From the NCBI GenBank assembly GCA_038230375.1, contig JBBRNJ010000011.1:1-64000 (forward strand): 64,000 nt of DNA, in the 5' to 3' direction. A model generated the notes under the pieces. That model was not told the origin of the DNA. It saw only the letters and a program-made list of their open reading frames with translations, and ran no database searches. Source of the DNA: Polyangiales bacterium (GTDB lineage Bacteria > Myxococcota_A > Polyangia > Polyangiales > Polyangiaceae). Numbering within the stretch: the first letter of the stretch is position 1; the number at the start of each line of letters is the position of its first letter. A program made the position numbers and the translations under genes. Below, piece by piece: positions 10,005 to 20,063 of this stretch.

Positions 10005-10005
10005 C

Positions 10006-10671
10006 TCAGACCATGGACGCGAGATCGGGTGACACCTTGAGCGTGGGCTCGGTGACGGATTGCACGTCGCGCGCGGAGAGTCCCGGCGCCACCTCGCGCA
10101 AGATGAGCCCGTCCGCGGTGACGTCGATCGTGGCGAGGTCCGTGATGATGCGGTGCACGACCTTGCGGCCCGTGAGCGGCAGGTTGCACTCGTTCAGGAT
10201 CTTGGGTGCGCCGTCCTTCGCGGCGTGATCCATGATCACGACCACGCGGCGTGCGCTTGCGACGAGATCCATGGCCCCGCCCATGCCCTTCACCATCTTG
10301 CCGGGGATCATCCAGTTCGCGAGGTCGCCCTTCTCGGAGACCTGCATCGCGCCGAGGATCGCGAGGTCGATGTGACCGCCACGGATCATCTCGAAGCTCT
10401 CCGCGGACGAGAAGATCGCCGAGCCCGGAAGCATGGTCACGGTCTCCTTTCCGGCGTTGATGAGATCCGCGTCGATCTCCTTCTCGCTGGGGTAGGGGCC
10501 GATTCCGAGGAGCCCGTTCTCGCTCTGGAGGACGACCTCGACGCCCTTGGGGATGCAGTTTGCGACGAGCGTCGGCATGCCGATCCCCAGGTTCACGTAA
10601 TAGCCGTCGCACAGCTCCTTGGCGGCGCGCTGAGCGATCTGCTCGCGGGTGAGGCCCTTCAGCGTGCTCAT
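10006..10671 (-). CDS. scoB: 3-oxoacid CoA-transferase subunit B
   Basis: [14 protein letters not shown] (catalytic Glu), GMGGAMDL; start MSTLKGL overlaps the scoA stop. Confidence 0.93.
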   Translation of the reverse strand: MSTLKGLTREQIAQRAAKELCDGYYVNLGIGMPTLVANCIPKGVEVVLQSENGLLGIGPYPSEKEIDADLINAGKETVTMLPGSAIFSSAESFEMIRGGHIDLAILGAMQVSEKGDLANWMIPGKMVKGMGGAMDLVASARRVVVIMDHAAKDGAPKILNECNLPLTGRKVVHRIITDLATIDVTADGLILREVAPGLSARDVQSVTEPTLKVSPDLASMV

Positions 10672-11414
10672 GCTCGCACCGTCCTTCGCTCGATTCGCTT
10701 CTCGTATCCTGCGCCCTTGAAGATGCGCGAGACGTAGATGCCGGGCGTGTGGATCTGGGCCGGCGGGATCTCCCCCACCTCCACGATCTCCTCGACCTCG
10801 GCGATGGTGACCTTTGCGGCCATCGCCATCATGGGGTTGAAGTTCATCGCGGTGTGCCGGTAGACCAGGTTGCCGAAGCGATCGCCCTTCCACGCCTTGA
10901 TGATCGCGAAGTCGCCCTTGATGGCGGGCTCGAGCACGTAAGCGCGTCCGTCGAACTCGCGGATCTCCTTCTTTTCGCTGTACTTCGCCACGCTGCCGTC
11001 GGCGGCGTACTTCAGCGGCAGGCCGCCATCGGACACGGCGGTGCCTGCGCCGGTGGGTGTGTAGAATGCAGGTATTCCTGCGCCGCCCGCGCGGATGCGC
11101 TCGGCCAGCGTGCCTTGCGGACAGAGCTCCACCTCGAGCTCGCCCGACAGGTACTGGCGCTCGAACTCCTTGTTCTCGCCGACGTAGCTCGAGACCATCT
11201 TCGATATCTGCTTATTCTTGAGCAGGATCCCGAGGCCGAAGTCGTCCACGCCGCAGTTGTTGGAGATGAAGACAAGGTTCTTCTGGCCGTGGTCCCTGAG
11301 GGCCCGGATCGAGTTCTCGGGGATGCCGCATAGGCCGAAGCCACCCGCGAGGATGGTGGCGCCGCTCGGGATGTCGGCGCAGGCCTCCTGGGAGCTCGAG
11401 ACAATCTTATTCAT
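10668..11414 (-). CDS. scoA: 3-oxoacid CoA-transferase subunit A
   Basis: [46 protein letters not shown] upstream. Confidence 0.93.
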   Translation of the reverse strand: MNKIVSSSQEACADIPSGATILAGGFGLCGIPENSIRALRDHGQKNLVFISNNCGVDDFGLGILLKNKQISKMVSSYVGENKEFERQYLSGELEVELCPQGTLAERIRAGGAGIPAFYTPTGAGTAVSDGGLPLKYAADGSVAKYSEKKEIREFDGRAYVLEPAIKGDFAIIKAWKGDRFGNLVYRHTAMNFNPMMAMAAKVTIAEVEEIVEVGEIPPAQIHTPGIYVSRIFKGAGYEKRIERRTVRA

Positions 11415-11516
11415 GCACCGCCCTCCGGGCTCGCTGACTTGTTCATGGCGCGGGAGCCTACCATTTCCCGCGAAAACTTGGCCCCTCGCGCTTGCGTGTG
11501 GCTTTTTTGGAGCATC

Positions 11517-12665
11517 GTGCGAAGCATTGCAAAGGCCCTGGGTCCGTCGCTCGTCCTGCTCACCGCGCTCGCCTCGCCGTTCGGGCTCGGAGAAGGAACA
11601 GCCGGTGCCGCTTCTTCCGCGCCTGCGCCCGCGTCCGCGAAGAAGCATCCGCATGCACAGGCGCGTGTGGTCCCGCAGCCAGGACTCTCGCTCGGCTCGC
11701 CCACGCACGGGCAGCTGCATGGCGGAGCGCACCTGATGGAGGCGCCGTACCTCCGCATCGTTCCCGATCACGCGGGGCAAGACGTCCGTTGGGGCCTGGC
11801 TCCGCTCGTGGGCATGATCGACCGCGCGGCACGACAGGTGCGCAGGCACTATCCCGATGCGGTCCTCACCGTGGGCGATCTGTCCAGGCGCGGTGGCGGC
11901 GAGATCGATGGCCACGCGTCACACGAGAGCGGGCGCGACGCGGATGTCGGCTTCTACATCATGAACGATCAGAAGAAGCCGATCTACGAGCAGAGCTTCG
12001 TGGCGTTCACCGGCGACGGCAAGGCGAAGACCTGGCCGGGCGCGCACTTCGACGACGCGCGCAACTGGGCGCTCGTCTCGGCGCTGCTGACGGACCCGGT
12101 CGCGCGCGCGGCGCACATCTTCGTCGCTGCGCCGCTGAAGGCGCGGCTCCTTGCCTACGCAGAGCGCGTGGGCGTGCCGCTGCCGCTCCGCATCCGCGCG
12201 TCCGAGACGCTGGCCCAGCCGCACGGCGCGTTGCCGCACGACGATCACTTCCACGTGCGCATCGCGTGTCCGGCCCACATGGCGAAATGCGTCGAGCTGC
12301 CCGAGGTCGAGCGTCACGTCGCGAAGAAGGTACCCGCCAAGAGCGCTCCACACACGGGGCAGCAGGCGCATGCCGGTGCCGCGGGGAAGCCGCACGCGGA
12401 TCACGCGAAGAAGAAGAACGACGACGACGATGACGAGCGCACGGCGGCGAGCCAGAAGGCCGACGAAGCGCCCATCCCGCGACTCTCCCCGCAGGTCGCG
12501 GGGCTCGATTCCGCAGCCATCGGCAGTCCGCTTCGGCCGAGCGAGAACGAGAAGCCTGCAGCGCCCGTCCACGCGACGGAGCCCGTGGCCCCCGAGAAGG
12601 CCGAGAAGGCCCCGGAGCGGCCGAAAGACCCCATCGACGACGTCGATGGCGTCGATACTCCATGA
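11517..12665 (+). CDS. MepA-like penicillin-insensitive murein endopeptidase family protein (start uncertain)
   Basis: [37 protein letters not shown]; low-complexity C-terminal tail. Confidence 0.85.
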   Translation: MRSIAKALGPSLVLLTALASPFGLGEGTAGAASSAPAPASAKKHPHAQARVVPQPGLSLGSPTHGQLHGGAHLMEAPYLRIVPDHAGQDVRWGLAPLVGMIDRAARQVRRHYPDAVLTVGDLSRRGGGEIDGHASHESGRDADVGFYIMNDQKKPIYEQSFVAFTGDGKAKTWPGAHFDDARNWALVSALLTDPVARAAHIFVAAPLKARLLAYAERVGVPLPLRIRASETLAQPHGALPHDDHFHVRIACPAHMAKCVELPEVERHVAKKVPAKSAPHTGQQAHAGAAGKPHADHAKKKNDDDDDERTAASQKADEAPIPRLSPQVAGLDSAAIGSPLRPSENEKPAAPVHATEPVAPEKAEKAPERPKDPIDDVDGVDTP

Positions 12666-12698
12666 CGGGATTGCGGTAGACTGTGGCAGTCACCACAG

Positions 12699-15437
12699 AT
12701 GCAACGTTCCCCGAGCTACGTTCCTCCCCCTAGCTCCCCGCCGGAGCTCATCGGCCGCGCTGACGAGCTCGCCGCGCTGGAGACTGCGCTCGCACGCGTG
12801 CGTGAGGCCCGTAGCTGCGAGGTCGTGACCATCACCGGGGCGCCGGGCATCGGAAAATCGCGACTGGTGCAGGACTTCATCGCCCTTGCCCAGGCGGATG
12901 GCGACCTGCGTCCGGTCCGCGTGTACTGCGGCTCGGCGCGCGAGGACGGCGCGGCGTTCGGCGTGTTCGCGCAGATCCTCCGGCAGCGGTTCGCGTTCAC
13001 GAAGGACATGGACGGTGACGCTCAACGCGCGGCCGTACGCGACCATCTCGCGAAGGTGCTCGAGGACCGCAAGGTCGGTGACGTATGCTTCTTCATCGGT
13101 CAGCTGATCGAGCTGCCGTTCGTGAGCTCTCCGCTGGTGGATGCGGTGATGGCGGACGCCGCACAGGTGCGCCAGCTACGGCGTGTGGTACTTCGACGCT
13201 TCCTGGAGGCGGACGCGCGCGAGGATCCGTTCCGGCCGGAGGCGTATGGCGGCCCCATCGTCCTCGTCTTCGACGATCTCCAGAATGCCCACGACGAGGC
13301 GCTCGAGCTGCTCGAGTCGCTCATCGCGGCGCTGGAGGCCCCGGTCCTGGTGGTTGCCGTCGCAGGGCCCGAGCTCTACGTGCGGCGTGATGGCTGGCGC
13401 AAGCTGCGCGGCTCCGCGCACACCCGCGTCGAGCTCGGCCCGCTGTCGGAAGAGGACTCCGCCGCGGTGATGGAGCGCCTCCTGTCTGGCACGTGCGACC
13501 CGGACGAGTGCGACGAGCTCGCCACCGCCGCGAGCACGATGGCGGGCGGCAACCCCGCGCTGCTCGAGCAGATGGTTCGCATCTTCTTCGACATCGGCGT
13601 CATCACCGCACGCACGGGTGATGGCTCCGGCGATGGCTCCGGCGACGGCACGGGCGACGAACGGGGGGCCGCGAAGGGGTTCGACGTTCACATCGACAAG
13701 CTCGATCGCGTACGGCTTCCGCTCACGGTTCAGGACGCCGTCAACGCGCGCATCGCCGCGCTCTCCGGCTACGAGCGCGAGCTCCTCGAACGTGCGGCGG
13801 CCATGGGCGGTGTGTTCTGGCTCGGCGGCCTGGTCGCGATGTGGCGCCAGAACGCCGTCGCGCGCGAGATCTGGAGCGTGTCGGAGGCCTCCGACGTGGA
13901 CCGCATCCAGGTCGCGCTCAAGGACCTGCGCGATCGCGACTATATCCTGCGGCTGCCGGACAGCACGTTCGCGGACGACGAGGAGTACGTCTTCAAGCAC
14001 AACCTGGAGCGCGAGACGCTGCAGAAGCTCACTCCGCAGGCAGAGGCGCAGTCCTTCCACCACGCCGTCGCGGACTGGCTCGCCTTCCAACCGCAGGTGG
14101 CGCAGCACGAGGAGTCGCTGGGCATGCTCGCGCGCCATCGCGAGCTCGCCGGCCTTCGCGTGCAGGCTGGCGCGACCTACCTGGAAGCGGGCGATCTCGC
14201 GCGCGCGCACTATGCGAACGGCAAGGCGGCCGAGTACTACCAGAAGGGTCTGGCGCACCTCTCGGACGGCAAGGAGGCGGACCCGAAGCTCCGCCTGGAT
14301 GCGCTCCACCACTACGGCGACGTACTGCAGCTGCTCGGACGCAACGCGGAGGCGCTCACCGTCTTTCTGGAGATGCGCGATCGCGCGTACCGCATCGACT
14401 CGCGCGCCAAGGGTGGCGCTGCGCACAGCCGCATCGGTCGCTTGCACCGCGAGAACGGTCGGCTGGACCTCGCGAAGAAGCACCTCGACGCAGCGCTCGC
14501 TCTTTTCGAGGACGCGAACGACGAGCGCGGCATCGCCAGCACCACCGACGACATCGGCAAGCTCCACTGGCTCCGCGGCGACTACGAGAAGGCGCTCGAG
14601 TTCACGCAGCGCGGCCTGACCATGCGGCGTCGTCTTGGTGACCGCAGGTCGATCGCGCTCTCGCTCAACAACCTGGGCCTGGTCTACCAGGACTCGGGAC
14701 AATACAAGCTCGCGCTGGACGCGTTCGAGCAGGCGCTGCGCATCAGGCGCGAGATCGGCGATCTCGTCGGTGTGTGCATGACGCTCAACAACCTGGGCAC
14801 CATCGCGCAGGACCAGCGCGACGACGGGCGCGCGCTCACGCTCTTCCGCGAGGCGCTCGAGGTGGCGAAGGAGACGGGCGACAAGGGCCGCATTGCGCTC
14901 GTGCTCTCCAACATCGGCGAAGCGGAGACCCGCCTGGGCGATCTTGGACCGGCGATCGATCACCTCACGGAGGCGAGCGAGATCGCGACGGAGCTGGGCG
15001 ACAAGATGGGCCTCGCGGAGGCCATGCGCGGCCTGGGCAAGGCGTACATCGCCGCCAAGGACACGAAGAACGCGCGTGAGCACATCGAACATGCGGTCGC
15101 CCTCTTCCGCGAGATCCAGAGCAAGGTGCAGCTGGGCGTCGCGCTCCGCAGCCTTGCCGAGCTGCGCGCGATGGAGGGCTCCCCCGCGGACATCCTGGAG
15201 GCGCGCGGGCACCTCCTGCAGTCGATCTGGATCTTCGAGGAGATCGGAAATGACGTGGAGCTCGCACGGAGCGCCCGCGTATATGCGCGCGTGCTCCAGC
15301 GCGCACCCGAGTACGAGACGGACCCGAAGGTGGTGGAAGAGGCGCGCGACTTCGAGAAGCGCGCAGAGACCATCTTCCAGCGGCTCAAGGTGTCGACCAT
15401 GGGGCTCGACGCGGACGCGTTCTTCGGCTCGTCCTGA
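12699..15437 (+). CDS. P-loop ATPase (STAND-like) with C-terminal TPR repeats
   Basis: LIGR, Walker A GAPGIGKS, Walker B IVLVFDD, GGNP, many SLNNLG-type TPRs. Confidence 0.88.
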   Translation: MQRSPSYVPPPSSPPELIGRADELAALETALARVREARSCEVVTITGAPGIGKSRLVQDFIALAQADGDLRPVRVYCGSAREDGAAFGVFAQILRQRFAFTKDMDGDAQRAAVRDHLAKVLEDRKVGDVCFFIGQLIELPFVSSPLVDAVMADAAQVRQLRRVVLRRFLEADAREDPFRPEAYGGPIVLVFDDLQNAHDEALELLESLIAALEAPVLVVAVAGPELYVRRDGWRKLRGSAHTRVELGPLSEEDSAAVMERLLSGTCDPDECDELATAASTMAGGNPALLEQMVRIFFDIGVITARTGDGSGDGSGDGTGDERGAAKGFDVHIDKLDRVRLPLTVQDAVNARIAALSGYERELLERAAAMGGVFWLGGLVAMWRQNAVAREIWSVSEASDVDRIQVALKDLRDRDYILRLPDSTFADDEEYVFKHNLERETLQKLTPQAEAQSFHHAVADWLAFQPQVAQHEESLGMLARHRELAGLRVQAGATYLEAGDLARAHYANGKAAEYYQKGLAHLSDGKEADPKLRLDALHHYGDVLQLLGRNAEALTVFLEMRDRAYRIDSRAKGGAAHSRIGRLHRENGRLDLAKKHLDAALALFEDANDERGIASTTDDIGKLHWLRGDYEKALEFTQRGLTMRRRLGDRRSIALSLNNLGLVYQDSGQYKLALDAFEQALRIRREIGDLVGVCMTLNNLGTIAQDQRDDGRALTLFREALEVAKETGDKGRIALVLSNIGEAETRLGDLGPAIDHLTEASEIATELGDKMGLAEAMRGLGKAYIAAKDTKNAREHIEHAVALFREIQSKVQLGVALRSLAELRAMEGSPADILEARGHLLQSIWIFEEIGNDVELARSARVYARVLQRAPEYETDPKVVEEARDFEKRAETIFQRLKVSTMGLDADAFFGSS

Positions 15438-15471
15438 GCTCGGCTGGCGCGCCTGGCAACGTGTGAGCTGA

Positions 15472-17664
15472 TCACTTGTGGAACGGCGACCAGAAGTTCC
15501 ACCTGCCAAGGAGCTTCATCGTGGCGGGGACCAGGAGAACGCGGACCAGCGTGGCGTCGACCAGCACCGCGAGCGCCATGCCGAAGCCCGTGGCCTGGAC
15601 CAGCACCACGCGGGCCAGCGCGAACGCGGCGAACACCGTGACCATGATCGCCGCTGCGCTGGTCACCAGGCCCGCGGTCTTCGCGAGCCCCTTCGCCACG
15701 GCCTCGTCGCTGTCGCCCGTCAACAGCCACTCCTCGCGGATGCGCGCCAGGATGAGGACCTCGTAGTCCATCGAGAGGCCGAAGATCACTGCGAACAGCA
15801 GCACGGGGAGCGTGGGCTCCAGTGGACGCCCCTCGTGCACGAACAGCCTGCCGTCCTGGAAGACCCAGACGAGCGCGCCGAACGACGCGCCGATGGACAG
15901 CACGTTCATCAGGACCGCCTTCAGCGGCAGGAGAACGCTCCGCAGCTGCACGAAGAGGACCAGGAGCGTCGCGCCCACGATGAACGCCATGGCGGGCGGC
16001 GCGCGGTCCCGCATGAAGGCCGTGGTGTCCAGATCGTTCGCGGTCGCACCACCCACGACCAGCACGCCGTCGGCCACGGTTCGCTGTCGCCGGATCGCGG
16101 TCACGACTGCGCGCGCCGCCTCGCTGTCGGGCGGTGCGTTGATGCGCACGTAGAGGACGGTGTCCTGCGCGCCTACCGTGAGCTTTGCGCCCGCCTCCAC
16201 GATGGGGCGCAGGAGCGCCGAAGGGTGAAGCAGGTTCTCCTCGTAGGTGTCGGGGCCGTAGTCGTCCTCGGGGTCGGGGCTCGTGGGGGAGACGATGCTC
16301 TCCACGCGGGCGACGCCGGGCAGCTTCGCGAGGTCGCGCGAAAGCGTGTAGAGTGCATGTATGCGAGGACCGTTCAGCGCGGGCGCGCTCGGGAAGCGTA
16401 CGACCACGTTGGCGCGCGTCGCAGCCTGCGTGGGGAAGTCGCGGAGCCATGTGTCGTATGCGCGTCGTGCCTCGCTGCGCTCGTCGAGCACGCGAACGTC
16501 GGCGGCGGACAACCGCAGTCGCATGAACGGCCGCGCCGCGCTCGCCAGGATCAGCACCGTGGGCACGAGCACCAGCCACGGCCGCTTCATCACCCAGCGC
16601 GCAAGCCGCTCCCACCGAGCCTCTCCCTTGCCGCCGCCCGCACGTAGCTGCCCCCGAAATATGCGGCGGCCCAGCACGGCGAGCAATGCAGGCACGAACA
16701 AGATCGCCGTCAGCACGGCCAGGCCCACGACCAGTGCGCCGCCCGCGCCCATCATCGCCAGGTACGACCCGCGGAAGAAGGCGAGGCCCGACAGGCCCAC
16801 GCACACCGCGAGGCCCGAGAAGAGCACCGCGCGGCCCGATGTGGCGACCGCGGTGGACAGCGCCTCACGGGGCTCGCGCCCAAGGTCGAGCTCCTCGCGG
16901 TACCGGCTCACCACGAACAGCGAGTAGTCGATCGCCACGCCCAGGCCCACGAGCGACATCACGTTCACGGTGTAGCTGGCAACGTCCACGAAGTAGGAGG
17001 CGGCGGTGACCAGCGCCGTGGCGACCACGACCGAGAGCGCGCCGGACACGACAGGCACCAGAGCGAGCACCCACGTCCTGAACACGTACCCGAGGAGCAG
17101 CGCGGCGAAGGGCAAGGAGATCGCCTCCGCCATGAGCAGATCCTTTCCGAGCACCACATCCAGGTCGTGCATGTAGGGCACGCGACCAGTGCACTCGATC
17201 CCGAGCGTCGCGGAGTGAAGCTCCTCGCGCACCGCGGGGTAGGCCGTTGCGGCCTCCTTGAACGTCCCGCGCAGAGCCACGAACGCGGTCTCGCGTCGCG
17301 CCGCTGCGTTCTGCATCACGGGCCGCAGGGCGGGAGGTGCGTCGTTCGCGGTCATCACGCGAAGCACGCGCGGGTCCGTGCGGAGCGGTGCCAGCGCAAG
17401 GTCGCGCGCCTCGCCGAACGCGTCGTCGTGCGGGTCCAGCGTGGGTGAGGAGAGGACCACCACGACAGTCACATCCTCTGTGGCGCCCGCGATCCCCGCC
17501 AGCAAGAGGTCCGCCTCGCCGGACTCCAGCCCAGCGATCGCGCCGGTGGTGAGGCGCCCGCCGCGCACGATGATCGCGACCGACAGCAAGAAGAGCACCA
17601 GCGCCACGCCGAGCACGTGCGCGCGACGATCGAACGCAAATGCACCCAGGCGCTTGGCGTTCAT
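15472..17664 (-). CDS. MMPL/RND family transporter
   Basis: GLGVAIDYSLFVVSRYREEL, FGLSMDYEV, DATLVRVLLVPA; two transmembrane bundles. Confidence 0.92.
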   Translation of the reverse strand: MNAKRLGAFAFDRRAHVLGVALVLFLLSVAIIVRGGRLTTGAIAGLESGEADLLLAGIAGATEDVTVVVVLSSPTLDPHDDAFGEARDLALAPLRTDPRVLRVMTANDAPPALRPVMQNAAARRETAFVALRGTFKEAATAYPAVREELHSATLGIECTGRVPYMHDLDVVLGKDLLMAEAISLPFAALLLGYVFRTWVLALVPVVSGALSVVVATALVTAASYFVDVASYTVNVMSLVGLGVAIDYSLFVVSRYREELDLGREPREALSTAVATSGRAVLFSGLAVCVGLSGLAFFRGSYLAMMGAGGALVVGLAVLTAILFVPALLAVLGRRIFRGQLRAGGGKGEARWERLARWVMKRPWLVLVPTVLILASAARPFMRLRLSAADVRVLDERSEARRAYDTWLRDFPTQAATRANVVVRFPSAPALNGPRIHALYTLSRDLAKLPGVARVESIVSPTSPDPEDDYGPDTYEENLLHPSALLRPIVEAGAKLTVGAQDTVLYVRINAPPDSEAARAVVTAIRRQRTVADGVLVVGGATANDLDTTAFMRDRAPPAMAFIVGATLLVLFVQLRSVLLPLKAVLMNVLSIGASFGALVWVFQDGRLFVHEGRPLEPTLPVLLFAVIFGLSMDYEVLILARIREEWLLTGDSDEAVAKGLAKTAGLVTSAAAIMVTVFAAFALARVVLVQATGFGMALAVLVDATLVRVLLVPATMKLLGRWNFWSPFHK

Positions 17665-17732
17665 GTCGTGCATCGTACCCCATTCGCGACGGCGCGATTG
17701 CGCTTGGGCCTCGGATTGGACACGATGGATCG

Positions 17733-19349
17733 ATGCGCATCGCGAGACCGTCCGTCGTGCTGCTCGCGTGCATGGTCGCGTGCAAGACCGCGAGCGACGC
17801 GACGGACAGCGTGCCCCCCGCGACCTCGGGCGCGGACGCCGGTTTGCTCGAAGCGGGCGCTGCGCAGGACGCTTCGAGCGCGAGCGACGCAGCGGTCCCC
17901 GACGCGGGCCCAGACCCAGATGCCGTGACCATGGCGGCCAACGCGGACACGCTGCTCGACACCATGCTGCTCCGCTTCTGGACGCAGCTCCGCACTGCAG
18001 ACAACAACTCGTATTGGACGTATGCGCAGGACTGGGACGTGGTGCTCGACGGCATAGAGCGCCGCGGTCCCCTCGCATATGCCGGCACGGTGCGCATGTT
18101 CTGGGATGTGCAGAACGCTCGGGGCTGGAGTCGCGACTACTACGACGACGAGAACTGGATGACCCTCACGCTCATGCGCGCGTACGACCTCACGGGCGCG
18201 ACGGAGTACCTGGATCGAGCGAAGGCGAACTTTGACGACATCATGGGCGCGTGGGACGTGACGTGCTGCGGCCCCAAGAAGGGCGGCATCTGGTGGCGCA
18301 CGGCGCACGACTCCAAGGTGACTGCGATCAACGCCGGTGCAGTGGTCAGCGCGTCCCGGCTCTACGAGCGCACCAAGGACGCGACGTACCTCGCGTTCGC
18401 TCAGAAGGTCTACGACTACTGGTCCACGACCATGGTCGACGCGAAGACCGGGCACGTCTACGACGGCATCTCCTCCGCGGGTGACATCAACACCGCGTGG
18501 TCGTTCACGTACAACGAGGGGCTCATGATCGGCGCTGCCGTGGCGCTCTCCCACGCGGAGGGTGGCACCGCGCGCTTGCCGCTCGCGCACCAGATCGCCG
18601 GCTACATGCTTGGCAAGGAGTCCGCCTCCACCTCGGTGGGCGTGATCCTCTCCGACGGCAAATGCGGCAAGCCTGGCGGCGACGACGGCGAGCAGTTCAA
18701 GGGCATTGGCGCGCGCTACCTGGCGCAGCTCTACGCCACCGATCCAACGCGTGTAGAATACAAGGAGTTCCTGCGGCACAGCGCGCGTGCCGCGTTCACA
18801 CTCGCGCGGGATCCCGGCACTGGCCTGGTCTCGTGTGACTGGGGCGGCCCTTATGACGCGAACACGAACAGCGTGAACTCGCTCTCCTCCGCGGCGATGA
18901 CGCTCTCTGCCACGGCGCAGATCCTTGGAGCATCCCGCAAGCGCGGCACGATGCCCATCGTGCTCCAGGCGGAGGAAGGGGATCTTCACGGCGCGCTCGG
19001 CCTCGAGGCGGCGCACACCGGCTTCGAGGGCTTCGGTTACGTGGCGGGCTGGGGCGCGGACGGGCAGTGGGTCGACTTCCTCGCGAACGTGGCGCAGTCG
19101 GGCACCTACGACGCCGAGCTGCGCTTCGCGACGGAGCCAGCGGGCGCGAGCCGTCTTGTCTACGTGAACGGCGCGACGGTCGCGGCCAATCTGGCCCTCC
19201 CCACGACCGGCGGCTACGACACCTACGGCACCGTCAAGGTGGCGCTGCCGCTTGCCGCGGGAAACAACACGATCTCGGTCATCTACAACCTGGGGCAGGG
19301 GAGTCACGGCTTCGTGAACCTGGATCGCCTCACGCTGTCTGCTCAATAG
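17733..19349 (+). CDS. GH76 glycoside hydrolase lipoprotein with C-terminal CBM35/CBM6-like module
   Basis: Lipobox MVAC; YYDDENW catalytic DD, GGIWW, FTYNEG, FKGI; C-terminal QAEE...GFGYV...NLDRL. Confidence 0.88.
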   Translation: MRIARPSVVLLACMVACKTASDATDSVPPATSGADAGLLEAGAAQDASSASDAAVPDAGPDPDAVTMAANADTLLDTMLLRFWTQLRTADNNSYWTYAQDWDVVLDGIERRGPLAYAGTVRMFWDVQNARGWSRDYYDDENWMTLTLMRAYDLTGATEYLDRAKANFDDIMGAWDVTCCGPKKGGIWWRTAHDSKVTAINAGAVVSASRLYERTKDATYLAFAQKVYDYWSTTMVDAKTGHVYDGISSAGDINTAWSFTYNEGLMIGAAVALSHAEGGTARLPLAHQIAGYMLGKESASTSVGVILSDGKCGKPGGDDGEQFKGIGARYLAQLYATDPTRVEYKEFLRHSARAAFTLARDPGTGLVSCDWGGPYDANTNSVNSLSSAAMTLSATAQILGASRKRGTMPIVLQAEEGDLHGALGLEAAHTGFEGFGYVAGWGADGQWVDFLANVAQSGTYDAELRFATEPAGASRLVYVNGATVAANLALPTTGGYDTYGTVKVALPLAAGNNTISVIYNLGQGSHGFVNLDRLTLSAQ

Positions 19350-19403
19350 ATGCGGGGTACGGCGAAACCTTTCGGGGCGTCGCACGTGAGCCCGATCGAC
19401 CCG

Positions 19404-19841
19404 ATGTTGCCGCTCACACGCACCATGCTCGCCCTCGCGCTCATCCCCTTCGGGGTCGGGTGTGCGTCGGCAGCTGCGTCAGCGCCCACTCCAGCCGGAC
19501 CCCCTATCTCCTCCGCTGTCTCCCACCCCAGCTCCCCGCCCATCCAGGTCGCGAGAACGGAGGCCGCAAAAGCGGAGGCCCCTGCGACGGAGGCCCCAAC
19601 GACGGAGGCCATGGGCGCGATCGTGATCGACGATGTTCCGAGCGATGCAGCGGAGGTCTACGAGGACGACGTACCGATGACGTTCGACGTCGGCGAAGCC
19701 AAGCCCATCGGTGCTGGAACGCACATCGTTTCGCTCGTCGTGGCCACCAAGACCGTCTGGGCATCCAAGATCACGGTCTCGCCCGGCAGCACCGTCCATG
19801 TGCGCATCCCCGCGAAGTACCTGACCGCCTATCAGAACTAG
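19404..19841 (+). CDS. Hypothetical lipoprotein
   Basis: Lipobox GVGC, Pro/Ala linker, small beta-rich domain. Confidence 0.55.
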   Translation: MLPLTRTMLALALIPFGVGCASAAASAPTPAGPPISSAVSHPSSPPIQVARTEAAKAEAPATEAPTTEAMGAIVIDDVPSDAAEVYEDDVPMTFDVGEAKPIGAGTHIVSLVVATKTVWASKITVSPGSTVHVRIPAKYLTAYQN

Positions 19842-20063
19842 GCGGGATGGAAGGTCGCGCCGGATCGGGCGCGATCCACGCGACGAACGTCCTTGAACCA
19901 CGGCGGTTTCTCGCGGTCACAGCCCTGTTCCGCTGGGTTTTTTGCGTGGATCATCGAGGGTCCATTCGCTCATCACTCCCACCCCCACGGCCGCGCTGAG
20001 CTGAATGATCCCGTCGCGTTCCGTGGCATACGACCTTGGCGCACGATGTGCTCGTATGTAGGT

